From a virus (Duplodnaviria; Caudoviricetes): DNA of 64,000 nt. Under the pieces are notes generated by a model. It searched no databases. It was not told the origin of the DNA and worked only from the letters and a program-made list of their open reading frames with translations. The DNA lies in the IMG/VR virus record IMGVR_UViG_3300027813_000007, positions 35,701 to 99,700 of that record; one strand, given 5' to 3'. The position numbers and the translations under genes were made by a program. Shown here piece by piece: positions 9,839-19,587 of this stretch (position 1 is its first letter; each line of letters begins with the position of its first letter).

Positions 9839-9965
9839 AACACTTAAAAATTCTTTTATTAGAGATATTAAATCTTTTGAAAAGAAAAGTGTGTCAAATA
9901 CTATATTTACAGAAAAAACCTACACATTATGGGAGAGGATAAAGAAAGTTTTAGGGATGAACTAA
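9753..9965 (+). CDS. hypothetical coiled-coil protein
   Basis: 70 aa, ends with amphipathic TLWERIKKVLG. Confidence 0.55.
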   Translation: MEKKVTNQELEKELNLLRLDKKKSERQVETLKNSFIRDIKSFEKKSVSNTIFTEKTYTLWERIKKVLGMN

Positions 9966-10156
9966 CTATTTTAGCAAAAATATCTAATGATATTGATTCG
10001 TCAATACTATCTAAGGGTGATGTTAAGATAATAATCGAGTTAAATCAAAAAGAGTATAATGATATTATTGGGAACTTTGCAGACATTTATAAAAGTAGTG
10101 AAGAATTTCTAATTGAAATATCTGGAGTTAAATTTACTTTCGTTTTGAAAAAGTAG
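9929..10156 (+). CDS. hypothetical protein
   Basis: 75-aa ORF. Confidence 0.5.
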   Translation: MGEDKESFRDELTILAKISNDIDSSILSKGDVKIIIELNQKEYNDIIGNFADIYKSSEEFLIEISGVKFTFVLKK

Positions 10157-10778
10157 TTGTTTGACGATATAATTTTTGTTTATTAAATCCATTTTTTACT
10201 AATAAATTATACATCCATTTTCTATGTGTTGTTGAAATATCTTTAACAAATATAGCATCATTTCTACCATTTTCTCTAAAGTTACTCTCCATAGTCTCAA
10301 GCAATCTATGTGAGTCAGCAATATTCTTTAAACTAAAAACATAAAATTTATCATTATTCTGTATAATTAATTTATTATGGAGTGTTGATATACTTTTCAT
10401 TTCTTTTTTAACACAATATTTACTCACCAGGTCATCAAAATTAATACGGTCATTTGTTGACCAATCAAAAATTTTCTCTTCAATACTATAAGGTTCTACT
10501 CGTTTTATTACGTAGTCAGTTTCTGAAGAAATAAATACTTTTTCGTTTCGACCTAATTCATCTTCTTGGAATAGAGGTAACTGATAGGATTCTTGGTTAC
10601 TTAATAATGATATTTCATAAATAGATTTTTCAGCATTCTCATATTGTACCTCAAAAGGGTTATCGTTTTTTTTAATTAATGAGTTAAATTTATTAATTGC
10701 GCGTTTCTCTGACTGATAACCTTTGATTATCTTTTTCTTTTTCTTATTCTTAAACAATACAATTATATAATTCTTCAT
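10134..10778 (-). CDS. hypothetical basic protein
   Basis: 214-aa ORF divergent from dnaJ. Confidence 0.65.
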   Translation of the reverse strand: MKNYIIVLFKNKKKKKIIKGYQSEKRAINKFNSLIKKNDNPFEVQYENAEKSIYEISLLSNQESYQLPLFQEDELGRNEKVFISSETDYVIKRVEPYSIEEKIFDWSTNDRINFDDLVSKYCVKKEMKSISTLHNKLIIQNNDKFYVFSLKNIADSHRLLETMESNFRENGRNDAIFVKDISTTHRKWMYNLLVKNGFNKQKLYRQTTTFSKRK

Positions 10779-11727
10779 GAATGACTACTATCAAATTTTA
10801 AACATTAAAAAGGACGCATCTCAAGACGAGATTAAAAAAGCGTACAGAAAACTAAGTAAACAATATCACCCAGATGTAAACCCTCAAGGGGAAGATAAAT
10901 TTAAATCCATCGCTGAAGCGTACGATACATTAGGTAATGAGGAGAAACGAAAACAGTATGATAATCCAAACCCATTTGGTGGAAATCCTTTTGATATGTT
11001 TAACCATATGGCTAATAATCATAGGGGGCAGAGAAGACCTAAAATTAAAGATAAGGTAATGAAGGTTACTTTATCCCCTGAAGAATCTTTTAAGGGTCTT
11101 GACAAAGAACTTACCTATAAATCTAAAGTTTCATGTGAAATGTGTACAGGAACTGGTGGGGATAAGAAAGGGTGTACATCATGCGCAGGAAGAGGAGTAC
11201 ATAGACAAAAAATGGGTACAGGATTTTTTACTCAAGTTGTTGAATCACAATGTCCAACTTGTCGAGGTACCGGACAAATAGTTATTAACCCATGTGTAAA
11301 CTGTCAGGGAGAGGGAGCCATCGATAAATTTAAAAATATCAAGGTTAATATACCTAAAGGTGTGGATAACGGTGATTTCTTACGTGTTAATGGTAAGGGG
11401 GACTTTATTAATGGTATACAAGGTGATTTATTAGTCCAAATTAACTTAATCAAGAGTAAGTATGAGAAAGTGGGTAAAGATTTAGTTTATCAATTATTTT
11501 TATCTCCTGTAGAAATGATAACTAATAAAACTTTTGTTGTTCCACACCCTGAAGGTGAATTACAAATAAATTTACCATCAAACTTAAGTACTGAAAAACC
11601 ATTAAGGTTAAAATCTAAAGGATTTGTTACTCAAAATGGTATTGGAGACTTTTATATTAAAGTGGGTGTAATTAATAAAGAAGTAACTGAAGAGGATAAA
11701 TCTAAGTTAGAAAAATTTTTAAAATAA
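10777..11727 (+). CDS. dnaJ: DnaJ molecular chaperone
   Basis: J domain with HPD, four CxxCxGxG repeats, C-terminal GDLLV/GDFYI domain. Confidence 0.93.
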   Translation: MNDYYQILNIKKDASQDEIKKAYRKLSKQYHPDVNPQGEDKFKSIAEAYDTLGNEEKRKQYDNPNPFGGNPFDMFNHMANNHRGQRRPKIKDKVMKVTLSPEESFKGLDKELTYKSKVSCEMCTGTGGDKKGCTSCAGRGVHRQKMGTGFFTQVVESQCPTCRGTGQIVINPCVNCQGEGAIDKFKNIKVNIPKGVDNGDFLRVNGKGDFINGIQGDLLVQINLIKSKYEKVGKDLVYQLFLSPVEMITNKTFVVPHPEGELQINLPSNLSTEKPLRLKSKGFVTQNGIGDFYIKVGVINKEVTEEDKSKLEKFLK

Positions 11728-11895
11728 ATTCACTAATAATTTAACTAGTTCAATAGTACCATATATACTTGTACCTAACATATAGATAGAAAACCCTACT
11801 ATAAATTTTTGACCCATATTAAGTCCATTAGTACATGACTTACAGTCTTTTTTTTCACTTATTTCGGTTGAGTTAACTTGATATTCTTTTGACAT
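11719..11895 (-). CDS. small CxxC + single-TM protein; absent from ORF track
   Basis: manual translation [58 protein letters not shown]; TATTTAT upstream on the minus strand. Confidence 0.55.
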   Translation of the reverse strand: MSKEYQVNSTEISEKKDCKSCTNGLNMGQKFIVGFSIYMLGTSIYGTIELVKLLVNLF

Positions 11896-11999
11896 AATAT
11901 TATTTTAGATACTTTAATTTAGTTTAAATAAATACCAATGTAAATCATAAAATAAGTAAGAATTGATATTATTAGTATATTTATAATAAAAAAATTATC

Positions 12000-12254
12000 A
12001 TGGAAAAAGTTTTACATTTTATTAAAAAAGTATATGGTACTATCAAATCATGGATAGTATTAAACGGTATTGAAGGTATTGTGGGATTAATTGCGGGTTT
12101 ATTATTATGGTTATTTGGTTTTAAAATTTATGCGGGGTTTGCTTTTGGTGTGTTCGCAACTGTAAATTGGAATTTATTTAAAAATAGGGTTCTCAAATTA
12201 AAATCACGATTAGAAAAGTTAGAGTCACAATTAGTGAAGTTCTTTAAAAAATAG
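12000..12254 (+). CDS. small membrane protein
   Basis: hydrophobic core; flanked by TATTTATA and a terminator. Confidence 0.65.
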   Translation: MEKVLHFIKKVYGTIKSWIVLNGIEGIVGLIAGLLLWLFGFKIYAGFAFGVFATVNWNLFKNRVLKLKSRLEKLESQLVKFFKK

Positions 12255-12258
12255 ACTT

Positions 12259-12286
12259 AAAATCTCACTTCGGTGAGATTTTTTTT
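12259..12286 (+). terminator. intrinsic terminator with UUCG loop
   Basis: AATCTCAC-TTCG-GTGAGATT-T6. Confidence 0.85.
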
Positions 12287-12296
12287 ACGTTTAATA

Positions 12297-12327
12297 TTTG
12301 CCTTTCTTATTTTTTTTACTATATTTG
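12297..12327 (+). promoter_or_regulatory. Bacteroidota sigma-A type promoter
   Basis: TTTG (12297) - 19 nt - TATATTTG (12320), matching the -33 TTTG / -7 TAnnTTTG consensus. Confidence 0.65.
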
Positions 12328-12341
12328 TTAAAAAGAAAATT

Positions 12342-13268
12342 ATGTTATCATATATTGGAGGTAAAAGTAGAATTGGAAAATGGATAGTCGAATACTATCC
12401 AAAGGATATGGAGGTGTATGTCGAGACGTTTGGGGGTATGTTCTGGTGTTTTTATAATATGGACTTGGATTTGTATCCAAATCTTAAGAAAGTTGTTTAC
12501 AACGACTTTAACCCACTTAACCATAATTTATTTCTCTGTATACAAAACCCTGAGGAGTTACTTAAAGAAATTGAGGCAATACCTTGCCAACAAAGGGATG
12601 AGTTTCCCACCCCTCCAGAATATAAAGAACGGTTTAATGAATATCAGAAAGAAATTTTTGCCGATACATTTATTATTCACAATAAACCAAATTATAAAGT
12701 CGCTGCGAAGTACGCATATATTCTTACACAAGTTTTTAGTGGTAGTAAGCCTGAAACATCAGGTTACATTGACTTAAAAGGTAAATACAAATCAAAGTTT
12801 CTAACTTTTAGAGATAAACTTAAAAATGAGAAATGGGTTAAAAAGTTTTTAGCAGTTACTCATGTTGAGAATATGGACTTTGAAGATATCATTAAAAAAT
12901 ATGACTCACCAAAAACATACATCTATTTAGACCCACCTTATTGGAAAACTGAGAACTATTACTCTAATCATGATTTTGATAGGGATGACCACGAAAGGTT
13001 AGCGGAATCATTAAAAGATATTAAAGGGAAATTTTCACTATCTTACTATGATTTTGAAATTTTAGAGACTTGGTTTCCTAAAGATGAATTTGTATGGGTA
13101 GATAAAGATTTTGCTAAAGCGTCTTCAGCGTCTAAAGGTAAAAAACAAAACAAGGGTACCGAGTTATTGATAATGAATTATGTAATACCTGGATTTACCG
13201 AGTTAGATAAAAAGACTTTAAAAGGTGAAGATTTAGGGGATAAAACTCAATTAACATTAAATTTATAA
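12342..13268 (+). CDS. dam: Dam-like (D12 class) N6-adenine DNA methyltransferase
   Basis: SYIGGKS, YVETFGG, VYNDFN, YLDPPY, ELLIMNY; ATG at 12342. Confidence 0.88.
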   Translation: MLSYIGGKSRIGKWIVEYYPKDMEVYVETFGGMFWCFYNMDLDLYPNLKKVVYNDFNPLNHNLFLCIQNPEELLKEIEAIPCQQRDEFPTPPEYKERFNEYQKEIFADTFIIHNKPNYKVAAKYAYILTQVFSGSKPETSGYIDLKGKYKSKFLTFRDKLKNEKWVKKFLAVTHVENMDFEDIIKKYDSPKTYIYLDPPYWKTENYYSNHDFDRDDHERLAESLKDIKGKFSLSYYDFEILETWFPKDEFVWVDKDFAKASSASKGKKQNKGTELLIMNYVIPGFTELDKKTLKGEDLGDKTQLTLNL

Positions 13269-13327
13269 CTATTATAGTATATAACGATATACAAAAATAG
13301 AATATTTTTAATTTCTCATATATTTAT

Positions 13328-14674
13328 ATGAAAACGAATAGTAATATGAAGTTTAATCACATAATCAAAAAAATGATAGTAGAACAGGGTCGATATGAGA
13401 TTCTGAAGAAGACGTATACCCAACCCAAGAAAAAGGGAGAGAAGGTTAAACCAGCCAAAATGTCAATTGAGCAATTAAATAAAATTGTATTAGCTGACCC
13501 AACAACTCGTAGAGACGGTGATAATATTAAAAAAGCGGGTAAATATGTGAATTGGGTACTTAAACAATTTTTACAGATTGAACCTAAGGTTGATGCTCAA
13601 TATGGTACACCACAATTTAAAAAAGAATTAAAAGAGAAATTTGATTTATTCTTTGAAGATTTATATAAAACAACTGAAGACCTCCAAAAATTTGATAGAT
13701 TTAAAAATCAAATAGATACTGAATTAAGAGATATTAATAATTTAACCATAGATACATTATTTAATACAGTTAAAGATTTTAGCTTAGAAAAGGCTACAAC
13801 AACTAAATCCGAGAGAAAAGAGATGGATGTCCATCCAGGAGCTAAAAAAGTGTATAACGGTAGTAAATATGATGTCTACATGCTTGAGGACCAAGGTGAC
13901 TTAGGTAAAGAAGCGGCATGTTTTTATGGTGGACAAAACAAGGAAACTCGTTGGTGTACATCAGCACCTGGATTATCTTATTTTAATACGTATATCAAAC
14001 AAGGTCCATTATATGTTTTAGTTGATAAGACTGATACCGAAGTTGGTGAAGTCTCTGGTTTACCAAAACATAGATACCAATTCCATTTTCCTAGTAATCA
14101 ATTTATGGATGTTAGTGATAGACAAATTAATTTAGTTGAGTTTTTATTGGGTGAAGAAGAAGGTTTAAGAGAATTTTTTAAACCTGAATTTATGAAGGGA
14201 CTATCTAATGCGGATGGAACAGAAATTTCAGTTGAATACCCTAGAGATGCCGCATCTAAATTTATTGCTTTATATGGTTTTGATAAGTTTTTCGATGACC
14301 TACCTAATAATTTAGGTAGATTAGACTTTATTAAAACTAGTGGAAATAGATATGGTGACAAAGCGGACACTAATTTAGTTATAAAGATACCACCAAGTAT
14401 TGGTAGATTTGATAAAATGTACGCATTACACCTTGACGGAATTTTATCTGAGTTACCAAAAGAAATTTCTAATCTTAAGGACCTTATGTTCTTATCATTA
14501 CCGAATAATAAAGATTTAAAATCCCTACCAAAGGAGATGGCGGAAAAAGTTGGTAATGACTATAAGATGAAAAATTTAGCGGTAATAACATTATCGGGTT
14601 CTAACCCAAATATTGTTATACCGGAAGAGTTACAAGAAATGATTGAAAAACAAAACATCAAAGTTTTTAAATAA
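13328..14674 (+). CDS. 'WCT'-motif (PcfJ-like) protein with C-terminal leucine-rich repeats
   Basis: AACFYGG..ETRWCTS..YF..Y...GPLY; LRR-like IPPSIG/LSELPKEISNL/LKSLPKEM; start may be 13346. Confidence 0.65.
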   Translation: MKTNSNMKFNHIIKKMIVEQGRYEILKKTYTQPKKKGEKVKPAKMSIEQLNKIVLADPTTRRDGDNIKKAGKYVNWVLKQFLQIEPKVDAQYGTPQFKKELKEKFDLFFEDLYKTTEDLQKFDRFKNQIDTELRDINNLTIDTLFNTVKDFSLEKATTTKSERKEMDVHPGAKKVYNGSKYDVYMLEDQGDLGKEAACFYGGQNKETRWCTSAPGLSYFNTYIKQGPLYVLVDKTDTEVGEVSGLPKHRYQFHFPSNQFMDVSDRQINLVEFLLGEEEGLREFFKPEFMKGLSNADGTEISVEYPRDAASKFIALYGFDKFFDDLPNNLGRLDFIKTSGNRYGDKADTNLVIKIPPSIGRFDKMYALHLDGILSELPKEISNLKDLMFLSLPNNKDLKSLPKEMAEKVGNDYKMKNLAVITLSGSNPNIVIPEELQEMIEKQNIKVFK

Positions 14675-14782
14675 TCTATTGAAATAGTTAACAATTTTAT
14701 TTAATTTTATAGAAAAGACTGATACTAAACTAAAAGACGAATCAAAAATGATTCGGTTTCCTTAAATTAAAAAAAATTTAAA

Positions 14783-15070
14783 ATGACTAACGTTGATATC
14801 GACATATATTTTTCAAAGTTTAAAACATTCTTTAAAGAAAACCCTCAAGAATTAAATAATTTAATTGGGAAGGCCTCAGGTACTGATTTTTTTAATGCGG
14901 TCTATAATAAAATTATTGAAAATTCAAAGGAAAGTGATGAGTTACAACTAACTCAAAAACAAATGATTAATATTATTTTAGAAATAAATAAAGTTAATGA
15001 TGTAAATAAATCGGATATATCTATAGACATTTTTCAAAAAACACCGTTTGGTCTTATTTGTTTAAACTAA
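14783..15070 (+). CDS. hypothetical protein
   Basis: 95-aa ORF. Confidence 0.6.
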   Translation: MTNVDIDIYFSKFKTFFKENPQELNNLIGKASGTDFFNAVYNKIIENSKESDELQLTQKQMINIILEINKVNDVNKSDISIDIFQKTPFGLICLN

Positions 15071-15145
15071 GAATAGGTGGTGTAGACTTTATTTATTTTT
15101 CATATGATTTACTTTCTATTATATAAACAATTAATTAGATAGTCT

Positions 15146-16585
15146 GTGTATTTTAGGGATAACAATTATAGTGATGGTATTGATAGATTTATGGTTATTA
15201 CTGTTGCTACAGAAAATAATGAAGAGTTAGAAAGGTTTAGAGAATCATGTCATTACCATAATATACCTTATAAGATTTTAGGTTTAGGTCAAGAATGGAC
15301 AGGTGGTGAGGCTAAGAATGGAGTATTACTAAATCCAGGTGGCTCACAAAAAATTAACTTACTTAAAAAAGAATTACAAGATTATCCTGACTTAGGTAAT
15401 CACATTATACTTTTTACTGACTCATATGATGTGATTTTTAATGGGGACCCAAAAGAAATTGTTAGGAGATTTAGAGAAATGAATTCACCAATGGTATTCT
15501 CCGCTGAAAAAACATGTTGGCCTGATGACACATTAAAAGAAAAATACCCAAACTCACCAACAGAATATAAGTTTTTAAACTCAGGTGGGTTTATTGGATA
15601 TGGTGACCACATCTCAAAGTTAATTAATGAGGTTGAGGTGAGTAATGAGTATGATGACCAATTATATTATACTGAAAGATACTTCGAAGACTTAAAAGGA
15701 GATAAAAATATGATTTTAGATTATAATCAATTTTTGTTTCAAACAATGAACGAATCTTTAGATGATTTAACATTTATTAGTGGTAAAACCTTTAATAAGG
15801 TAACCAAACAGTTCCCATTAATATTACACGCTAATGGAGGTCCGATAGTTAAAAATGAGTTGAATAATTATTATAAAAAATTATTCAAAAAACCATTGAA
15901 TTTTAATTCGTTAAAAGTAGATGAAGATAAATCTAATATTAATATTATAAAAACAACATATGATATTACCATTGGTTTATTCTTAGATGAGAAAGTACCG
16001 GATATCAATCAGACTTTTGACCATATTAGGTTTTTAAATTATCCTAAGAAAAACACTATACTTCATATTACTTATAGTGATACTAGACATACTTACAAAG
16101 TTAATATGTTTAGTAAAAAATATTCCAAATTATTTAAAGATTTTAAAATTACTAAGCATAACGATGGAAAAATAACATCAAGAAAAAACTTCCTTATAAA
16201 TTCATATAATAAAACAGACTATGTTATTATGATGGAATCTAATCATATCTTTAGGAATATTAAATCTATACAATTATTACTTACCGAGTGTCAAGGTATT
16301 ATAACACCTATGATTCATAAAGAAGGGAGTGACTGGGTTAATTTTAATTCTAAAGAAAAAGATTTGTATAGGTCTTACAGTAAGAGTGGGGTGTGGGACG
16401 TGGAGAACACATTTGGTATACATATAATCCAAAATGATTTAATACCTTTCTGTGTTAGTTCACTTTATTTAGGTAGTAAAGACTATGAAGATGGTGATTG
16501 GGATATTTTACTAAGTAATAACTTAAAAACTTATGGTCATAGGACCCAAATGTCTAACACTAATTACTATGGTGGAATAATCTAA
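15146..16585 (+). CDS. PLOD/LH3-type collagen glycosyltransferase (GT + accessory domain, no hydroxylase domain)
   Basis: VITVATE, LGLGQEWTGG, GGSQKINLLK, LFTDSYDV, FSAEKTCWPD, FLNSGGFIG, DDQLYYT, LHANG are colinear with the PLOD N-terminal GT domain. Confidence 0.85.
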   Translation: MYFRDNNYSDGIDRFMVITVATENNEELERFRESCHYHNIPYKILGLGQEWTGGEAKNGVLLNPGGSQKINLLKKELQDYPDLGNHIILFTDSYDVIFNGDPKEIVRRFREMNSPMVFSAEKTCWPDDTLKEKYPNSPTEYKFLNSGGFIGYGDHISKLINEVEVSNEYDDQLYYTERYFEDLKGDKNMILDYNQFLFQTMNESLDDLTFISGKTFNKVTKQFPLILHANGGPIVKNELNNYYKKLFKKPLNFNSLKVDEDKSNINIIKTTYDITIGLFLDEKVPDINQTFDHIRFLNYPKKNTILHITYSDTRHTYKVNMFSKKYSKLFKDFKITKHNDGKITSRKNFLINSYNKTDYVIMMESNHIFRNIKSIQLLLTECQGIITPMIHKEGSDWVNFNSKEKDLYRSYSKSGVWDVENTFGIHIIQNDLIPFCVSSLYLGSKDYEDGDWDILLSNNLKTYGHRTQMSNTNYYGGII

Positions 16586-16627
16586 ATTCTCTTTTTTTAT
16601 TATTTTATTTCAACTACCTTTACGTCT

Positions 16628-18286
16628 ATGGATGAAAAGACTACGCATTATAAAAAAGTATTAGATAAGTTTACCCTTGTTGAATATAAAAATACTAATA
16701 ATGCTCTTACCTCCATTAAAGATGGTTTATATCAAAAACATCTATTGTACCACAAATATGGGTATTGGGAAGAAATTGGTCAAACTAATATTAATGAAGA
16801 AAATTTCACAAAAAACTACGCTAATATAGGAGTTGGTCTCGACGCGGAAAAAACCATTATTGTTGTTGAAGAATATGGTGATAAGATTTCATGTAAACTA
16901 TATACGACATTTAGAAACCGAAGGGTAGGTTCAAGATTCTTTAGGGTTAGAAAAAGTTTAACATTCATAACTTATAATTTAAAAAGTAAGAATTTTTATA
17001 CGGGTAATATTCGTAAAAAAAATAAGATGATTTTAGGTAAGAGGATTAGGGTTAATGATTTCCATAACCATCCCTTTAGTTCTTTGAATTTAGAAATTAG
17101 AAGAAACCTTAGAGACGCATCGTTAATGGATGGAATTAAAAATAATAATTCATTAAAATTGGACTACGGAGACTTCTCTAATGACATACTAAGTATGTTT
17201 TTAAATGTCATAATTGATAAAAGTGGTATTAAATTAAAAATCAACGGAAAAGAATTAGAACATAAATTCCACCAATTATATTTAGAGGCGAATGGGTTTA
17301 AGTATCCTAACAACCATAGAGAATATTCTAATTTATCTATAACTAAAAAATTATTAAAAAAACATATTAATGTTGTGTCATTATTTATGTCTGTAAATAA
17401 TTTAGGGGGTAAAAAAATCCGAAAAATATTAAATGAAGGACATAATTTAGATTTTATTACTTTAGTACAGTTATATAATTTATTAGGTGTAAATTATTTT
17501 AATAACTTAAATGACGGGGTTTTTACCAAAAGTGATATGTACTTTTCAAATGAATTTAAAATACCAACTGATAATGTTAATTTTAACATAAGTAATCAGG
17601 ATAAACGGAGGATTGTGACCATAACAAATATGGGTGTTAAATTACATATAATTATTGACCATCTTAAAATGATTACTGAGTTAGAAAATAAATATAAACA
17701 TCCGTTTAAAATTAAGTTTAAGACACCTGAAGAGTTTACTGACGAGCATTATGATTTGTCGGAACTATTACAATCATATAAAAAGGGTGAAATAACTAGA
17801 TTTTATGGGAAGGATTTTAAAAATAACGTTAGTGAAGCTATAACCGATTTAGTGGGGATTGAATATTACCCCAATGTATTATTCACTAGTGAAGAATATA
17901 ATGAAGAGTCTCAAACTCAAAAAAATTGTGTTAGAACGTATATCGAATTTCCAAACAATATTATTATATCACTAAGGGTTGGGGATAAGGAAAGTAAAAT
18001 AAGGGCAACATTAGAGTATCGATTTATTGGTGATACAGTAAAACGGGTCCAATCAATGGGTAGTAAAAATAGTCAATTATCGGATATGTGGGAAACTCCT
18101 TTAGAGATTTTAGACGGTAAAGTTAGTTCACTATATCGTAGTAAAATATTACAGACGCCAGAACTAACCAAGGTGTATCGAAGTGGTTATATCTTAAAAC
18201 GAAAGTCTTTGTATGATGGTGTTATACTTATTTGGGATAATGATAATGAAATGGATGAGATAACAAATATTGATTTACCGTTTTAA
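16628..18286 (+). CDS. PcfJ-like domain protein
   Basis: C-terminal EESQTQKNCVRTY..IISLR..RATLEY..VQSMGSKN. Confidence 0.7.
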   Translation: MDEKTTHYKKVLDKFTLVEYKNTNNALTSIKDGLYQKHLLYHKYGYWEEIGQTNINEENFTKNYANIGVGLDAEKTIIVVEEYGDKISCKLYTTFRNRRVGSRFFRVRKSLTFITYNLKSKNFYTGNIRKKNKMILGKRIRVNDFHNHPFSSLNLEIRRNLRDASLMDGIKNNNSLKLDYGDFSNDILSMFLNVIIDKSGIKLKINGKELEHKFHQLYLEANGFKYPNNHREYSNLSITKKLLKKHINVVSLFMSVNNLGGKKIRKILNEGHNLDFITLVQLYNLLGVNYFNNLNDGVFTKSDMYFSNEFKIPTDNVNFNISNQDKRRIVTITNMGVKLHIIIDHLKMITELENKYKHPFKIKFKTPEEFTDEHYDLSELLQSYKKGEITRFYGKDFKNNVSEAITDLVGIEYYPNVLFTSEEYNEESQTQKNCVRTYIEFPNNIIISLRVGDKESKIRATLEYRFIGDTVKRVQSMGSKNSQLSDMWETPLEILDGKVSSLYRSKILQTPELTKVYRSGYILKRKSLYDGVILIWDNDNEMDEITNIDLPF

Positions 18287-18300
18287 CGTAAATAAAGTAT

Positions 18301-18328
18301 AAGAGGTAGGTTGACTACCTCTTTTTTT
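18301..18328 (+). terminator. intrinsic terminator
   Basis: AAGAGGTAG-GTTGA-CTACCTCTT-T5. Confidence 0.85.
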
Positions 18329-18378
18329 ATGCTTATAATTTAGTGAGTTAAATTAAATCTAAATTAATAAATAAAAAT

Positions 18379-18753
18379 ATGTCAGAAAAAATTTACGTCC
18401 GTAAAATAGAGAGTTGGACAATCTCATCTGCAAGTAACCCGATTGAGGTTAATGTAGAAGCATTAAGAAAATGTGAACCACCATATAAAGGTGATTCAGA
18501 ACAAGAATTGGTAAACTATCTACAAAACGAAGTGTGGAATGAATATGATTTTTTAGGTAATGAACATAATAAAGAAGTTTATGGTGAGGATGACTTATAT
18601 GTGTTGGGTATGGAAGAAGCTTATGTTGAAAATGAGTTCTTTGATTCACGTAATAAAGGTGAGGACACATCTATTCAAGTAGGTGTACCAAATGAGGAGT
18701 GGACAAAGACAGGTGGTTTCCAACCATTAGCTTACGGAGAAAACGAATATTAA
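18379..18753 (+). CDS. hypothetical acidic protein
   Basis: 124-aa ORF. Confidence 0.65.
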   Translation: MSEKIYVRKIESWTISSASNPIEVNVEALRKCEPPYKGDSEQELVNYLQNEVWNEYDFLGNEHNKEVYGEDDLYVLGMEEAYVENEFFDSRNKGEDTSIQVGVPNEEWTKTGGFQPLAYGENEY

Positions 18754-18763
18754 TAAATAAGAT

Positions 18764-18970
18764 ATGGCAAAACTAAGAAGAAAAGTGATTATCACGACAG
18801 TTCGTTGGGAAGACACAGAAGAATTAACAGAGGACCAAGTTAAGAGATGGAAAAGTGGCAATGATGGCCTACAAGATGAAGTTCATGAAGAGGTGGTAGA
18901 TGATTTTGATTTGGTAAATGATAAAGTATTAGAGGACACCGAGTGGCCTGAATTAATAGAAGACGAATAA
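18764..18970 (+). CDS. hypothetical acidic protein
   Basis: 68-aa ORF in operon. Confidence 0.55.
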   Translation: MAKLRRKVIITTVRWEDTEELTEDQVKRWKSGNDGLQDEVHEEVVDDFDLVNDKVLEDTEWPELIEDE

Positions 18971-18980
18971 AAATAAAGAT

Positions 18981-19586
18981 ATGGCAAATATTTTAAAAAG
19001 TATGGTTTCCATTAAAGGAAACGATGAGGTAATTAAACTTGTCGACTCATTAGTCGATAAGATAGATGTATATGTTGAAGATGGAAATGAGTCAATTCCG
19101 GCATTTTCAAAGGCGTTCTATGAGAATGTTGAGTTAGGTGAAAATGGTGGAGTAATGAATAGTTGGTCATCAGATAACTTAGGTTCTAAATGGGTAAGAC
19201 TGTATGATGTGTCAGGTGATGGTGAGTTCTCTATCGAATCCGCATGGTACCCACCTAAAGAATTCTTTATTCATCTTTATAATTTATGTTTTGTATTAGA
19301 TGAGGATGTTGAGGTCGAAGTAACTTACGAGGACGAGACATACGAACCAATTGGTGCGATTGTAATCAAAAAAGATAGGGATGGTATTCCTTGTATATGG
19401 GAGGAAGAAGATAACGATATTGAAAACCCACTTGATGATATGGATTGGGATGATGAGAAGTATGATGAGACATCTGAAGAATTCTATGAGAGCTTGTATG
19501 ATAACCAACAATCGCTACTTAAATTATGTCACGAATTAGTTATCAGTGACGGCGAACCAATCGATGAATTAACAGAAACAGAATAA
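18981..19586 (+). CDS. YubB/Api92-like ferredoxin-fold protein
   Basis: W..DNLGSKW, ESAWYPP, YED pattern. Confidence 0.55.
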   Translation: MANILKSMVSIKGNDEVIKLVDSLVDKIDVYVEDGNESIPAFSKAFYENVELGENGGVMNSWSSDNLGSKWVRLYDVSGDGEFSIESAWYPPKEFFIHLYNLCFVLDEDVEVEVTYEDETYEPIGAIVIKKDRDGIPCIWEEEDNDIENPLDDMDWDDEKYDETSEEFYESLYDNQQSLLKLCHELVISDGEPIDELTETE

Positions 19587-19587
19587 T

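Noticed and set aside
12342-13268. Restriction-modification system around the methyltransferases (also 42094-42963)
   Set aside because: No recognisable adjacent endonuclease; orphan methyltransferases are typical of phages
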